From positions 62,001 through 126,000 of IMG/VR virus record IMGVR_UViG_3300028654_000384: 64,000 nt of DNA; one strand, written 5' to 3'. The notes below the pieces were generated by a model. That model did no database searches and was not told the origin of the DNA. It saw nothing but the letters and a program-made list of their open reading frames with translations. How positions within the stretch are numbered: the stretch's first letter is position 1; every line of letters begins with the position of its first letter. The position numbers and the translations under genes are program-made. Positions 10,801 to 19,691 of this stretch are shown here, in pieces.

Positions 10801-11566
10801 CGAGGAGATCATGTCGCAGCGTCCCTATGAGTCGATCGAGCAGATGCTGTGGAACGACGACGGTTCGTGGCGCCCCAGCAAGTTCAACCGTCGCGCCCTC
10901 GAGGCGCTGATCAAGGTACAGGCGCTCGACAGCGTGGGCTGTATCGGCCCCGACAAGGTCTTCAAGTCGTACCACCACATGCACGAGACGCTGATGGGTG
11001 AGTACGTTGAGACGGTGACCCGCAAGCGCAAGGGTGTCGAGGAGACCGTCGAGATCACCCGCGAGCACGCCGCGCTGATCAAGCGGTCGAACAAGGGCGA
11101 TCCCCACGAGGGCCGCAAGAACTTCTTCGAGCTGGCGCGGCGCCTGGCCGACACCCACGGTGACGAGTGGACGCGGAAGCAGCTCGCCGAGTTCAAGGCC
11201 GACTACTTCGGCACCGTCGACGTGATGACGATGTTTGACCCCAAGTACTTTGAGGCCTTCACCCGTAACGGTGTCGGGCCCATCGAAGACCTCGAGGTGG
11301 GCTCGACGGCGCTGTGTTGGTTGGTCACCACGCTGTCGGCACCAAAAAAGGGTGGGTCACCTGTCGCCGGCGTGATGAAGAAGACGAAGAATGGCAAGGC
11401 CTACCTGCAGGCCTTCGTCACCGGGCAGGTCGGCAAGCCCCTGCGGCTCAACGTGTGGGGCAAGAAGGAGCTGCTCGAACCTTATGTCCTCTATGCGGGT
11501 GAGGTGGAACGCAATGAGTTCGGCTTTTCAACTGCGGCCTTCAAGTTGAGGCTCATCGCCGGGTGA
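7865..11566 (+). CDS. dnaE: DNA polymerase III alpha subunit (family C)
   Basis: PHP motif LHAHT..S..DG, GRGSGGGSLVAYVL.ITD.DP, PDIDSD, GRHAGG, KYDLLGL, FQE, YGFNRAHA. Confidence 0.95.
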   Translation: MSRVPKKFVGLHAHTGFSPFDGLGYPDEHFIWCMENGLDAHTITDHGNCSAYAHAMLWAEKWNTEHKDKPFKYIPGVEAYFHPDLAQWSRDKAAADQATIDKAAAKKLRTKLEILQTKLVVNTDGDDESESIEVSNALTLEDESESKSTKHFNPVNRRHHLVLLPKNPAGLLKIFGLVSQSYLTGFYRFPRLDAKMLREACKEGNIIASSACIAGQPAYSVFQEVQKLKFDDLNQALLDDPTTLEKCITGVGNTYDLMTSVLGEGNYYLELQFNKLPAQNLVNRAIIEFARRAGVTKQLIVTADSHYPRPELWKERELYKKLGWMNAKGIDADSLPKSRDELKCELYPKNASQVWDEYLRSKVGTSFYDDDLVADAIERTHDIAHQVIGPVPPDRSPKFPNERLIPKGTKSFDHLVKLCKEGLTKRGLQDKPAYVERLKEELGVIKAMKNADYFVSYQKIMELARKVVLCGPGRGSGGGSLVAYVLYITDLDPLRWELPFSRFLSIYRKGAPDIDSDLADRDKVLEQLRNFFGFENVVPISNYNTFKLKTLVKDIGKFYSVPFEETNAATRTVEDEVRKATMKESDDKNLFTLTFDDAMLYSPSFKAFIDKYPQVAESIKILFKQNRSLGRHAGGVLITDDLPNKMPLVASHGEPQSPWVEGVGFKHLEYIGAFLKYDLLGLETLRYIERAIELILIKEGNPKPTFPDIKAWYDAHMAPDVIDFNDQKVYEVYAEGKWSGIFQCTGQGAQRLFKKAKPKSIIDIAALTSIYRPGPLAAHVDKLWLEHEHTPYDWGHPLINETLKETRGLLVFQESVMALVNKVAGFPMAETDEVRRAIMKRSISGGEAAKKKVKELEDSIVSGAVKNGVPEATARKMYETICFMSGYGFNRAHACGYSIVSYWCAWMLTHHEEQWLCAYLEAMSTTPDKRAKAFGEVKALGYQIVPIDINHAQLGWTVLPGKKLMPSMTSVKGVGDSAVEEIMSQRPYESIEQMLWNDDGSWRPSKFNRRALEALIKVQALDSVGCIGPDKVFKSYHHMHETLMGEYVETVTRKRKGVEETVEITREHAALIKRSNKGDPHEGRKNFFELARRLADTHGDEWTRKQLAEFKADYFGTVDVMTMFDPKYFEAFTRNGVGPIEDLEVGSTALCWLVTTLSAPKKGGSPVAGVMKKTKNGKAYLQAFVTGQVGKPLRLNVWGKKELLEPYVLYAGEVERNEFGFSTAAFKLRLIAG

Positions 11567-11593
11567 TGCGGGTGAATAATTAGGGTCAATTCC

Positions 11594-12091
11594 ATGGACT
11601 TTCTCGACATGTTCCACGTACCCGACACCGAAGAAGGCAAGCGCGACATCAAGTGGATCGAGAAGGCCCACATTGTCATGTGGCTCCTCAAGGACATGTC
11701 GTGGGTCAACCATTGGCGTTGGGTGGGCATGGCGGCGATCCTGCCGACGTTGGGGTTGGCCATCAAGATCGCCTACGACAGTCGCCATTCGATGGCCGAC
11801 TTTGTCCACGATGTCGCGGTGTGTTGTTGGATCAGCGCCAACATCACCTGGATGCTGGGTGAGTTCTTTGTCAACGACGAAACCCGGCCCATCGCCAAGG
11901 TGTTCTTTTACCTCGGCGCCGTAGTAATATTGAGCTACTACGCCTACGCAGGCTCCAAGAGGTTGCTCCATGCTCATCGCCTTCGACACCAAGTTCCACA
12001 AGCCCAAGAGTCCCTCGGGGGACGAAGTGACGCTGGCGCTCGGCCCGGGGACAGCGATGCTGACGCTGCGCTCGGACAAGTTCAACGTTGA
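11594..12091 (+). CDS. Multi-pass membrane protein
   Basis: HIVMWLLKDMSW, WISANITWMLGEFF and four hydrophobic segments; 3' end overlaps next gene. Confidence 0.65.
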   Translation: MDFLDMFHVPDTEEGKRDIKWIEKAHIVMWLLKDMSWVNHWRWVGMAAILPTLGLAIKIAYDSRHSMADFVHDVAVCCWISANITWMLGEFFVNDETRPIAKVFFYLGAVVILSYYAYAGSKRLLHAHRLRHQVPQAQESLGGRSDAGARPGDSDADAALGQVQR

Positions 12092-12671
12092 GCATAGGCC
12101 CGGCGCGCCGACCGAAGTGGGACTGGCCCGCTACATGACGAAGGACGAGCTGCGAGAGCTGGCCTTGGCAGCGTCGAAGGCGGCCGATGAACTCGAGGCG
12201 CGTCAATCGCCCATCACCGTCGTGGGATCACAGGTGCCTGCCAACGTGACGTTGGCACAGCACAACATTGACTACGTCAACAATCCCGGCATACAGGCCG
12301 GAGCGGCGAGCACCCTGCCACCCGGCGTGACGTTCGTGGTGCGGGACCCGGGCAAAGGTGGGCTGATGGGTGGCTTCACCGAGCGCGAGCTGACGATGTT
12401 GTCGTACTTGATGGCGTGGCTCGTCAAGTCGCCGGCGTCCGCCGGGCGGTTGGTTTCCGTCGCTACTGGAACACAAGATGACTCTACGTTGCTTCCGCTC
12501 CTCAAGGAGCTACAGGAGCTGATCACTACCACGGCGATCGAGCGCAATTTTGCATCCGATCGTGTCACACTGCGCGCCGCGGCGCTGACGTGGTTGGGCA
12601 ACCCACACGCTCGCAAGCATGTCATTGGGAGGTTGCTATTGACGGCACTCGACGCAGGGGAGGTGGGCTGA
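11970..12671 (+). CDS. Hypothetical protein
   Basis: ORF with AAGAGG ribosome site. Confidence 0.6.
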   Translation: MLIAFDTKFHKPKSPSGDEVTLALGPGTAMLTLRSDKFNVEHRPGAPTEVGLARYMTKDELRELALAASKAADELEARQSPITVVGSQVPANVTLAQHNIDYVNNPGIQAGAASTLPPGVTFVVRDPGKGGLMGGFTERELTMLSYLMAWLVKSPASAGRLVSVATGTQDDSTLLPLLKELQELITTTAIERNFASDRVTLRAAALTWLGNPHARKHVIGRLLLTALDAGEVG

Positions 12672-12751
12672 TGTGGCTCGCCGTCCTGATCGTGGTCGCG
12701 GTGTTTAGCATCGGCTTCATCCTTGGTCAAGCTCTGGAGAGGCGGTGATTC

Positions 12752-13699
12752 ATGTCACTGTGCGGAGGTTGTGGATCTACGTTTGACCCATGGTCATTGA
12801 GTGGAAAAGGTAGATTTGTAAGTCGATGGTGTCGATGTTGTGTTGATGGCACTAAACGTCGTCAAGTGTTTGATTGTTTAGGTTGTCATCAACACATTGA
12901 TCGTTGGGTTGAAGGTCTTTATACCTCACCAACTTTTTGTAATAAGTCATGTAGAATGAAGTATGAATATGCTAACAATATTAGGCGTAATTTTCTTAAT
13001 GATAAAACAACGTGGGAATGGTGGGTCAGTAAATACGGCGAAGAAGAAGCACTTCGTAGAAAAGAGCATCATCGCGACGCAACATCACTAGCTACGTCGG
13101 GAGAAAATAATCCGATGTATGGGCGTCATGATCATGTACACGGTTTGAAACGTTTTGCCAAAGAAAAGACTGGTAAAACACTTGAAGAAGTGCATGGCGT
13201 TGATCTAGCAAGGAAAATGCGCGAGAACAAGTCATTACATGCGCGTGGGTCAAATAATCCTGCGTATGGCAAGGTGTATACGAAAGGTGGAAAGAGCATT
13301 AAGGGTTACTACAAAGACAAGTTTTTTCGTAGTCTACTCGAGTATTCATTCATGAAACATCTTGAGAGTGAGGGGTTATCGCTTAACATTGATGTTGATT
13401 ATGAGTGCTTCATTGTTCCATATGTGTTCAATGGTGCTGATCGGACATATCGCGTTGATTTTTACGTGCCAAGTCGTCATGCAGTGTATGAAGTCAAACC
13501 TGCTTATGCTATGAAAGGTGTGACGCCCATCAATGAAGCAAAATGGAGTGCAGCACGTGTATACTTCAACCAACGCGGCATACAATTTTATGTAATGTCT
13601 GAGTTAGATTTTCCAAAGATCATGTTTGATATCGCGAGACAAGACAGCGATGTGACATGGAAAGAAGAGACGTTCAAGTATTTCAAGAGGTCAAAATGA
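12752..13699 (+). mobile_element. Free-standing homing endonuclease, TnsA-like PD-(D/E)XK domain with NUMOD-like repeats
   Basis: GENNPMYG, GSNNPAYG repeats; FRSLLE...YRVDFYV....YEVKP; strongly AT-rich. Confidence 0.75.
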
Positions 13700-14418
13700 T
13701 GCAACGAGTTATCATGTTTGTTGGGCCAGATCGTTGTGGCAAAACGCAAATTGCTCAAGCTCTTGCAAAAAAGATGGGTGCGATGTACTTCAAAGCATCG
13801 TGGGAACATGCCGCATATCAACAAAGCATAGGTCTTCGTCAAGGTCGAGATTTAGATCGGGGTGCAGTCGGTGCTAATCTTGATTTAGTGCGCCATCAAG
13901 TGCGCGAAATTGCTCGACAAGATGATATTGGATTTTGGGTTGCTGAGACAAAAGATAGTGATGGTAAACTCACTCGACAGACTCTTGAACCCAAGGCATT
14001 TACGAAAAAAGATCGATTTTTGAATGAATTACGGTTTGCCGATCCGCGTACATTTGATTTTGTGAAACAATTAGGAGAACAACTTGGAACAAGCGTTGTG
14101 TTTGATCGTGCATACCCTTGTGAAAGTGCGTATTCAACCGTAATGTGCCGTGAAACCGATCAATCAGCGCTTGAACAAATTGATCGTTGGTGGTCATCTC
14201 TTAATACTTTGATTATTGTGTGTCGTCGATCTAACTACAGTGGCATTACAGACGATCTTGATTCTTCAATCAATGGTGACGTACTTCAAAAACTTGATGA
14301 CGCATACATGGAATTTACCACGTGGACGCGGTGCTTCTTCAAAGAACTCAACGTCGACGATGAAGACCTCGACCGCGAAGTCAATGAGATCCTGCAGTTC
14401 ATCGGATGGGAGAAGTGA
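13696..14418 (+). CDS. dNMP (thymidylate-type) kinase with internal insertion
   Basis: P-loop GPDRCGKT, VVFDRAYPCE. Confidence 0.75.
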   Translation: MMQRVIMFVGPDRCGKTQIAQALAKKMGAMYFKASWEHAAYQQSIGLRQGRDLDRGAVGANLDLVRHQVREIARQDDIGFWVAETKDSDGKLTRQTLEPKAFTKKDRFLNELRFADPRTFDFVKQLGEQLGTSVVFDRAYPCESAYSTVMCRETDQSALEQIDRWWSSLNTLIIVCRRSNYSGITDDLDSSINGDVLQKLDDAYMEFTTWTRCFFKELNVDDEDLDREVNEILQFIGWEK

Positions 14419-14604
14419 GGTGATCCATGTGGCTCTATGACAGCGTGGCGAACGTGTGGCACATGTGGGCAATTGCCAGCCCAACGATCGGCACCAAGGC
14501 ATGGTGCGGCTTCGCTCTAACGGCAGATTGCACCCCCACGGGCGGCACCACCGGCATCCGCTGCGTATCGTGCAGTTACCTCTTCACCAAGTCGAGGCCC
14601 CAAC

Positions 14605-15099
14605 GTGCCTAATACCTGTCACTTCTGCGCCAAGCCAACGAAGCCGGGTCACAACTACTGTGATTGGGACTGTCACGTCGCTGATGCCAAGCGCATTGGG
14701 GGCAAGGTCAAGTGTCCCAACGGTCTGCGCATCGCCTGCATCAAGCACAACGGCGACATGCTGGAACACGAGCACGGTGACCACCCGGACTACAAGTTTC
14801 CCGTCACCGTCGAGTACCACGGCACCGACTTCGAGCGCGCCGAGGTGCAGCTGGCGATCTATGGCAAGCTACTCACGCCTGCTGAATTGCTGCGCTCCCG
14901 TGATCAGGTGCACGCGCTGATCTACACCGACGGAACCATCGCGGTGACAATGTACGAATGTTGTTACGCGACGTGGTTCATCAATCAATCAAGCGTTTCC
15001 CGTGTGGTGGGTAACCTGTGGGAGCGCGGTGAGTGGGCGTTATCTGCGGCTTCACGCACGAAGATCAGTGACTTGTACAATGGCTCGCGTGGGCACTAG
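14605..15099 (+). CDS. Cys/His-rich hypothetical protein
   Basis: ORF track; CHFC..YCDWDC. Confidence 0.6.
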   Translation: MPNTCHFCAKPTKPGHNYCDWDCHVADAKRIGGKVKCPNGLRIACIKHNGDMLEHEHGDHPDYKFPVTVEYHGTDFERAEVQLAIYGKLLTPAELLRSRDQVHALIYTDGTIAVTMYECCYATWFINQSSVSRVVGNLWERGEWALSAASRTKISDLYNGSRGH

Positions 15100-15108
15100 A
15101 ATCAGCAC

Positions 15109-15660
15109 ATGAAACTCTACTGGCTTGATCTAGAAACCACGGGTCTCGATCCCTCAAGCACCGAGATTCTTGAAGTGGCGGTCGCCGAGGCTGACTTGCT
15201 CAACCCCTTCGACGTCAAGCACATCTATCACGCGGTGTTGCCGCTCCTCACGCACGTCGAGCAGCTTAACCCGTTCATTGTCAACATGCACACCCAGAAC
15301 GGGTTGTTGGCCGAGTGTCAGGGTCCGAATACCAAGTCGCTAGCGCAGGTTGACAAGGAACTGGCTGCGTTGATTGCGTGGGTCGACGACAAGGACGAGC
15401 GTGCCACACTGGCCGGGTCGAGCATTCACTTCGACCACTCGTACATCAAGGTGTACATGCCGCTGACCAACAAGAATCTGTCATACCGTCACTATGACGT
15501 GTCAGCACTGAAGTTGTTCTGCCAATCGATGGGCATGCCCAAGTTCAAGAAGGCCGAAGCGCACCGTGCCAAGGACGACATCATCGAGAGCGTTGACCAC
15601 GCCAAGGCCTGCAAGGAGTGGCTGACGGCGAACTTGAGCTATGCGCCGGTGATGAAGTGA
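15109..15660 (+). CDS. orn: Oligoribonuclease (DEDDh exonuclease)
   Basis: WLDLETTGLDP..EILEVA, MHTQNGLL, LAGSSIHFD, SYRHYDVS, HRAKDDI.ES. Confidence 0.9.
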   Translation: MKLYWLDLETTGLDPSSTEILEVAVAEADLLNPFDVKHIYHAVLPLLTHVEQLNPFIVNMHTQNGLLAECQGPNTKSLAQVDKELAALIAWVDDKDERATLAGSSIHFDHSYIKVYMPLTNKNLSYRHYDVSALKLFCQSMGMPKFKKAEAHRAKDDIIESVDHAKACKEWLTANLSYAPVMK

Positions 15661-15884
15661 AGCTCGGCCTCATCTTCGTTGGGTTGTTGGCGCTGTGCGG
15701 GTGTTCGCAGACCGCACAGGTCCTGTCGAAGGATGGAACTAAGGTCGCGGCGGTGTGTGAGGGTGGTAACTGGGTGCTGTGCATGACCACAACGTGCCCC
15801 AACGGTTACGACGTTGTCAGCATTGACATGCGAAACAGTGAACGCGCGCCACAGGACGCCAACGCGATCGTCAGGTGCAAGTGA
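15657..15884 (+). CDS. Small lipoprotein
   Basis: MKLGLIFVGLLALCGC lipobox-like. Confidence 0.6.
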   Translation: MKLGLIFVGLLALCGCSQTAQVLSKDGTKVAAVCEGGNWVLCMTTTCPNGYDVVSIDMRNSERAPQDANAIVRCK

Positions 15885-15891
15885 GTGTTGA

Positions 15892-16983
15892 TCAGTCAGC
15901 CAGTCTTGACAGGTGCTCGTACACCAGCTCATCGATGATCTGCCTGGCCTCGTCAATGGGATCCCACGTCTGCGTGTGATCAAAGCCCAGCTTCTTGACC
16001 TTCAACTTGCCGTCGGGGTCACGGGTGACCTTGGCATCCTGGCCTGGGTTGAACCGCGTGTTGGTGGTGGGCCCGGGACCGTAGGCCTTGCCCTTGTAGC
16101 GGGTGTGGACGGGACGGTTGTTCTTGCGGCCGTAGATGCGGTAGGTGTCCTTCGACGCGCCGGGGGTACGGACGCTGTTGGCCGGGTCAGCCTTGGGTTT
16201 CTTGGCCCAATCGGGCTGTTCTGCCTTGGGACGGTCATATGTACCAGCGCTGGGTGGCTTGGCCCAATAAGGTTGTTCTGCCTTGGGCGGGGGTGGGCGA
16301 CCGGGTCGAGGTTTTTCGACATAGCCCTTCTTGCGCTTGTCATTGATCTGTGCCTGCGCCACGTGGACCGCCATGCCGTTTGCACTGTAATCCTCGGTAG
16401 TGGTTTGACCCGCTGAACCGATGCGGCCCCATCGCTTGGTGAGTTTATTACCACTAACGCTGATCTCCCAGAACTTGCTCGATGAACCACCCACGAATTC
16501 GAAGTAGCGAGGCTCTCTGAACCCGCTCTTTCGTTGCTCCTCCTGCGCTTTCTTCGCCGAGGCCTGGTCATTGTATGTTCCACCGGCCGATGCTGGTGGG
16601 GGTGGCTGCTTTTTCCACCATGCATCGCGCTCGTCGCGTTTGCTGGAATTCCATCCGTCTTGTGGCGGGGGAGGTGCTGCCTTGGGTGGTGCCGCATGGG
16701 CCTTCGCCGCCTTGGGATCTTCATAACCCTTGAATTCGGCGCCGAACCTGAACTTGTTGGTGGGGTTGAGCAGCCGATCCTTGGCATTGTTGATGTCGAC
16801 CATCTTGCCGTGGGCGTTGGGATCGCCTGCGTTGCGGTCGGGGTGGTGCTGGAGGGCCAACTTCTTCCATGCCGCCTTGATCTGATCCTCCGACGCACCC
16901 TTGGGCACCCCGAGGATATCATAGGCGTTGAGCAGGGCCTCTTGGATCAGGCGCCTGACCTCGTGGATGTTGAGCCTCATCAC
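15892..16983 (-). CDS. J-domain plus WGR-domain protein with N-terminal tag
   Basis: AYDILGV...LALQHHPDRN; FWEISV......RWGRIGS.GQ...KRKKGY; TATTTA upstream. Confidence 0.85.
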   Translation of the reverse strand: MMRLNIHEVRRLIQEALLNAYDILGVPKGASEDQIKAAWKKLALQHHPDRNAGDPNAHGKMVDINNAKDRLLNPTNKFRFGAEFKGYEDPKAAKAHAAPPKAAPPPPQDGWNSSKRDERDAWWKKQPPPPASAGGTYNDQASAKKAQEEQRKSGFREPRYFEFVGGSSSKFWEISVSGNKLTKRWGRIGSAGQTTTEDYSANGMAVHVAQAQINDKRKKGYVEKPRPGRPPPPKAEQPYWAKPPSAGTYDRPKAEQPDWAKKPKADPANSVRTPGASKDTYRIYGRKNNRPVHTRYKGKAYGPGPTTNTRFNPGQDAKVTRDPDGKLKVKKLGFDHTQTWDPIDEARQIIDELVYEHLSRLAD

Positions 16984-17030
16984 CGTAAATAGGGGTGTAG
17001 ATGGGCGTGTGCGGGAGTAAAATGAAGAGC

Positions 17031-18344
17031 ATGAAGCGACTACTGGTGACGACGCAGTTGAGCAACTTTGTCGACGGTAAAGCAGATCTCGCTTGCGATA
17101 GCGGGTGGCAAATGTGCATCAACCGCATCCGCGAGATGCTACGATTGAACCCCAACCTCTACGTCGACATCATGGGACCCAATGAGGATCAGTTGGTGCA
17201 GCACCCCGCCGACGTCAATCCTGATCTGGTTGCGATGTACGGCGAGATCGACGTGCCACGATTGCGGTACATTGAGCACCCAATCGTCACCAGCGCGCTG
17301 ATCACCCGCTATGACTTCAAGTGGTCGGAGATCGCCGACTCAATGGGCCTCGAGGAACACAAGGCTGATGTCACCCAGCGCTATGACGCCGTCTATGTGA
17401 ATGATCCCATGCAGCTCCGCGCCTTCAAGGCCATGTTCCACGTCGTCGGGGGCTACCAACCCAAGTTCTTCGTGCACTCACACTTCGTCGACGTCCCCGA
17501 GGTCCCCAAGTTCCCAGCCGAAGCGTCGCTGTGGCTGGGCCAGTGCGAGGCCACGCTGAAGGCTGACTACAACTTCTGGCAGTGCGAGTCGGCGATGAAC
17601 CAGTTCTTCGACAGCATGGGCAAGTGGTTCGTGCAGGACGTGGTCGACGACGTGCGGGCTAAATCGCAAGCGTCTGATGACGGGTATTCGATTGCGGAGA
17701 TCACTTCGCCCATATGCCAAGCTAATCTACGGTTTACGGACGCTGAGTGGCGTGCCAAGACTAATGGTAAGGTGGTACTGTTCTTTCCCAATCGCATTAG
17801 CCAGAGTTCAAGTGATTACACGCGTGGTTGGTGGTTCACACATGAGTTCATGCCCAAACTTCGACAACGTCGCCAAGACTATGTCGTGGTGTGCGGTAAT
17901 CCTAACATGAAGCTGTCGAATGATGAACTCGTTCAATTATGTGGGCCTCATGGTTATGTTAAGCTGCACGATCACACGTTCAATCGTGATGAGTATAAGT
18001 ACGTTGCGTCACACAGTGACATTGTCGTAGCGCTGTATGATGCCAAGAGTGACGCGTACGGTGGGACGGCCTCTCGAGAATGCATTGAATTGGGGTGTGT
18101 ACCATGCTGGCCTTCTTGCAATGAATATTTGAGCCTTGCTCGAGAAGCAAGAGTTGAACACCTATTGGCCAAGTCTGACTTGTCTGATTTAGTAGACGTC
18201 GCAGACAATCTCATTGGTCTTGCGGGTTCATCATCTTTGCCATTGAAACAGTACAATGAACGATTGCGTGAAGTTGTACGTAGGCGCTGTTCGTTTGAAC
18301 AGACTGTTCCCACAATGATGAAAAAGATGGGTCTACTATGCTAA
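17031..18344 (+). CDS. GT-B glycosyltransferase-like protein (candidate DNA glycosyltransferase)
   Basis: Two Rossmann-like halves, FPNRIS, DIVV...GGTASRECIELGCVP; start placed 7 nt after TAAAAT; near epimerase and hydroxymethylase. Confidence 0.55.
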   Translation: MKRLLVTTQLSNFVDGKADLACDSGWQMCINRIREMLRLNPNLYVDIMGPNEDQLVQHPADVNPDLVAMYGEIDVPRLRYIEHPIVTSALITRYDFKWSEIADSMGLEEHKADVTQRYDAVYVNDPMQLRAFKAMFHVVGGYQPKFFVHSHFVDVPEVPKFPAEASLWLGQCEATLKADYNFWQCESAMNQFFDSMGKWFVQDVVDDVRAKSQASDDGYSIAEITSPICQANLRFTDAEWRAKTNGKVVLFFPNRISQSSSDYTRGWWFTHEFMPKLRQRRQDYVVVCGNPNMKLSNDELVQLCGPHGYVKLHDHTFNRDEYKYVASHSDIVVALYDAKSDAYGGTASRECIELGCVPCWPSCNEYLSLAREARVEHLLAKSDLSDLVDVADNLIGLAGSSSLPLKQYNERLREVVRRRCSFEQTVPTMMKKMGLLC

Positions 18345-19363
18345 TTGAAGTTCTCGAAACATGGATCAAGACGCCTCGATACAAGAATCGTGGTAAACGA
18401 CGATTGTTAGCGATTGTTGCGTGTGATGCGTGCGGCAAACGTGAACAGCTACCATACATCAACGGAATGTGGGAGACTCGAAAACGCGTCTGTTCACCTG
18501 AGTGTGATACAAAACTACGATCTCGTGGTGGTGCGCTTTATGCAAGTATCACGGCGACGAACGTAGAGCGATATGGCGCAAAGTACGCATCAGCGACTGA
18601 TTTAGGAAAGCACAAACAGGAAGAGACAAATCTTAGAAAGTATGGATATAAGGCATCCTCACAATCACCTGAAGTTGAAGCTAAACGACTTAACACGTGT
18701 CTTTCTATGTATGGCGGACCTGCAGCAACAAGTGACGCGAACGTCAGAGCGAAAGTCAAGTTGACGTGTGATACCAAGTTTGGTGGTGGTGTGTTGCTCG
18801 ATGATGATATTCGAGAGCAATTCAACGCAACTATGGTAGAACGACATGGTGCACCGTGGGCAGCACAATCAGCAATCATTCTCGCTAAACAACATCAGAC
18901 CAACATTGAACGTTATGGAGTTGCGTTTCCATTCCACACAGATGAAGCGAAGTCAAGAGCACACTCACCCCAAGCGCTACTCAAACGCCATGAGACCATG
19001 AAGCGTAATGGCACATACAGGACTTCAAAGCCTGAAGACCGTCTCTATCAAGTTCTGTGTGAGATGTTTGATATAGACGACGTCGACCGCCAGACGCTCG
19101 TATACAAGTGGCCAATTGACTTCTACGCCAAGAGCATTGACACCTACGTACAGTACGACAGTTATTGGCATGGCGTCGGACGCGCAATCATTGAGGTCGC
19201 TGAACACAAGGTGCCTCGAGACGTCTCGATTCACAAGAAGATGCTGACTGACATCGCTCAGGATGCGTACTTCGCCGAACGTGGCATGCGGCTCATTCGT
19301 GTGCAGAGCCTGACGCCTGAACAGATTACCCCCGCGGCCATGCGTCGCATGGGCCTGCTGTGA
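18338..19363 (+). mobile_element. Free-standing homing endonuclease, Vsr/DUF559-like C-terminal domain
   Basis: Repeated TN.E(R/K)YG units; TSKPEDRLY, IDFY, YDSYWHG, D.Y....G.RLIRV; AT-rich. Confidence 0.7.
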
Positions 19364-19364
19364 C

Positions 19365-19691
19365 ATGAAACCCGGTGACCTCATCGAGTGGGCGTACAAG
19401 TCGGACGGCAAAGTCGTTCACCCCCATGAAGAATTGTGGTCATCGATCGAGAAACGCTACGTGCCCATCGGCGGCCTACACCTGTTCGTCAGCAATGTTG
19501 ACGGCACCCTGACATGGCTGCCTCTGGGTGAGAATTGTAAGGGGTTGCTCCACGCGCGCGAGGCTGATACGATGGCCAGGTCGGGCCGGTCGTTCGCGAC
19601 GAGCGGTTGCTCCACGCGCGCGAGGCTGATACCGACCTGTACGGCGAGTGGTGCGACGACGAAGTCGGTTGCTCCACGCGCGCGAGGCTGA
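19365..19691 (+). CDS. MKPGDL-family small protein whose C-terminus is encoded by a CRISPR-like array
   Basis: Clear paralog of 24293 and 24550; stop codon lies in the third repeat. Confidence 0.7.
   Translation: MKPGDLIEWAYKSDGKVVHPHEELWSSIEKRYVPIGGLHLFVSNVDGTLTWLPLGENCKGLLHAREADTMARSGRSFATSGCSTRARLIPTCTASGATTKSVAPRARG

Noticed and set aside
9866-11158. 430-aa antisense ORF, and many other long overlapping ORFs in the track
   Set aside because: Shadow ORFs opposite well-supported genes, expected from high-GC codon bias; no motifs or start signals.
7865-11566. Intein or intron in dnaE
   Set aside because: The ORF is continuous, of normal length, with no splicing or LAGLIDADG motifs at the conserved sites.
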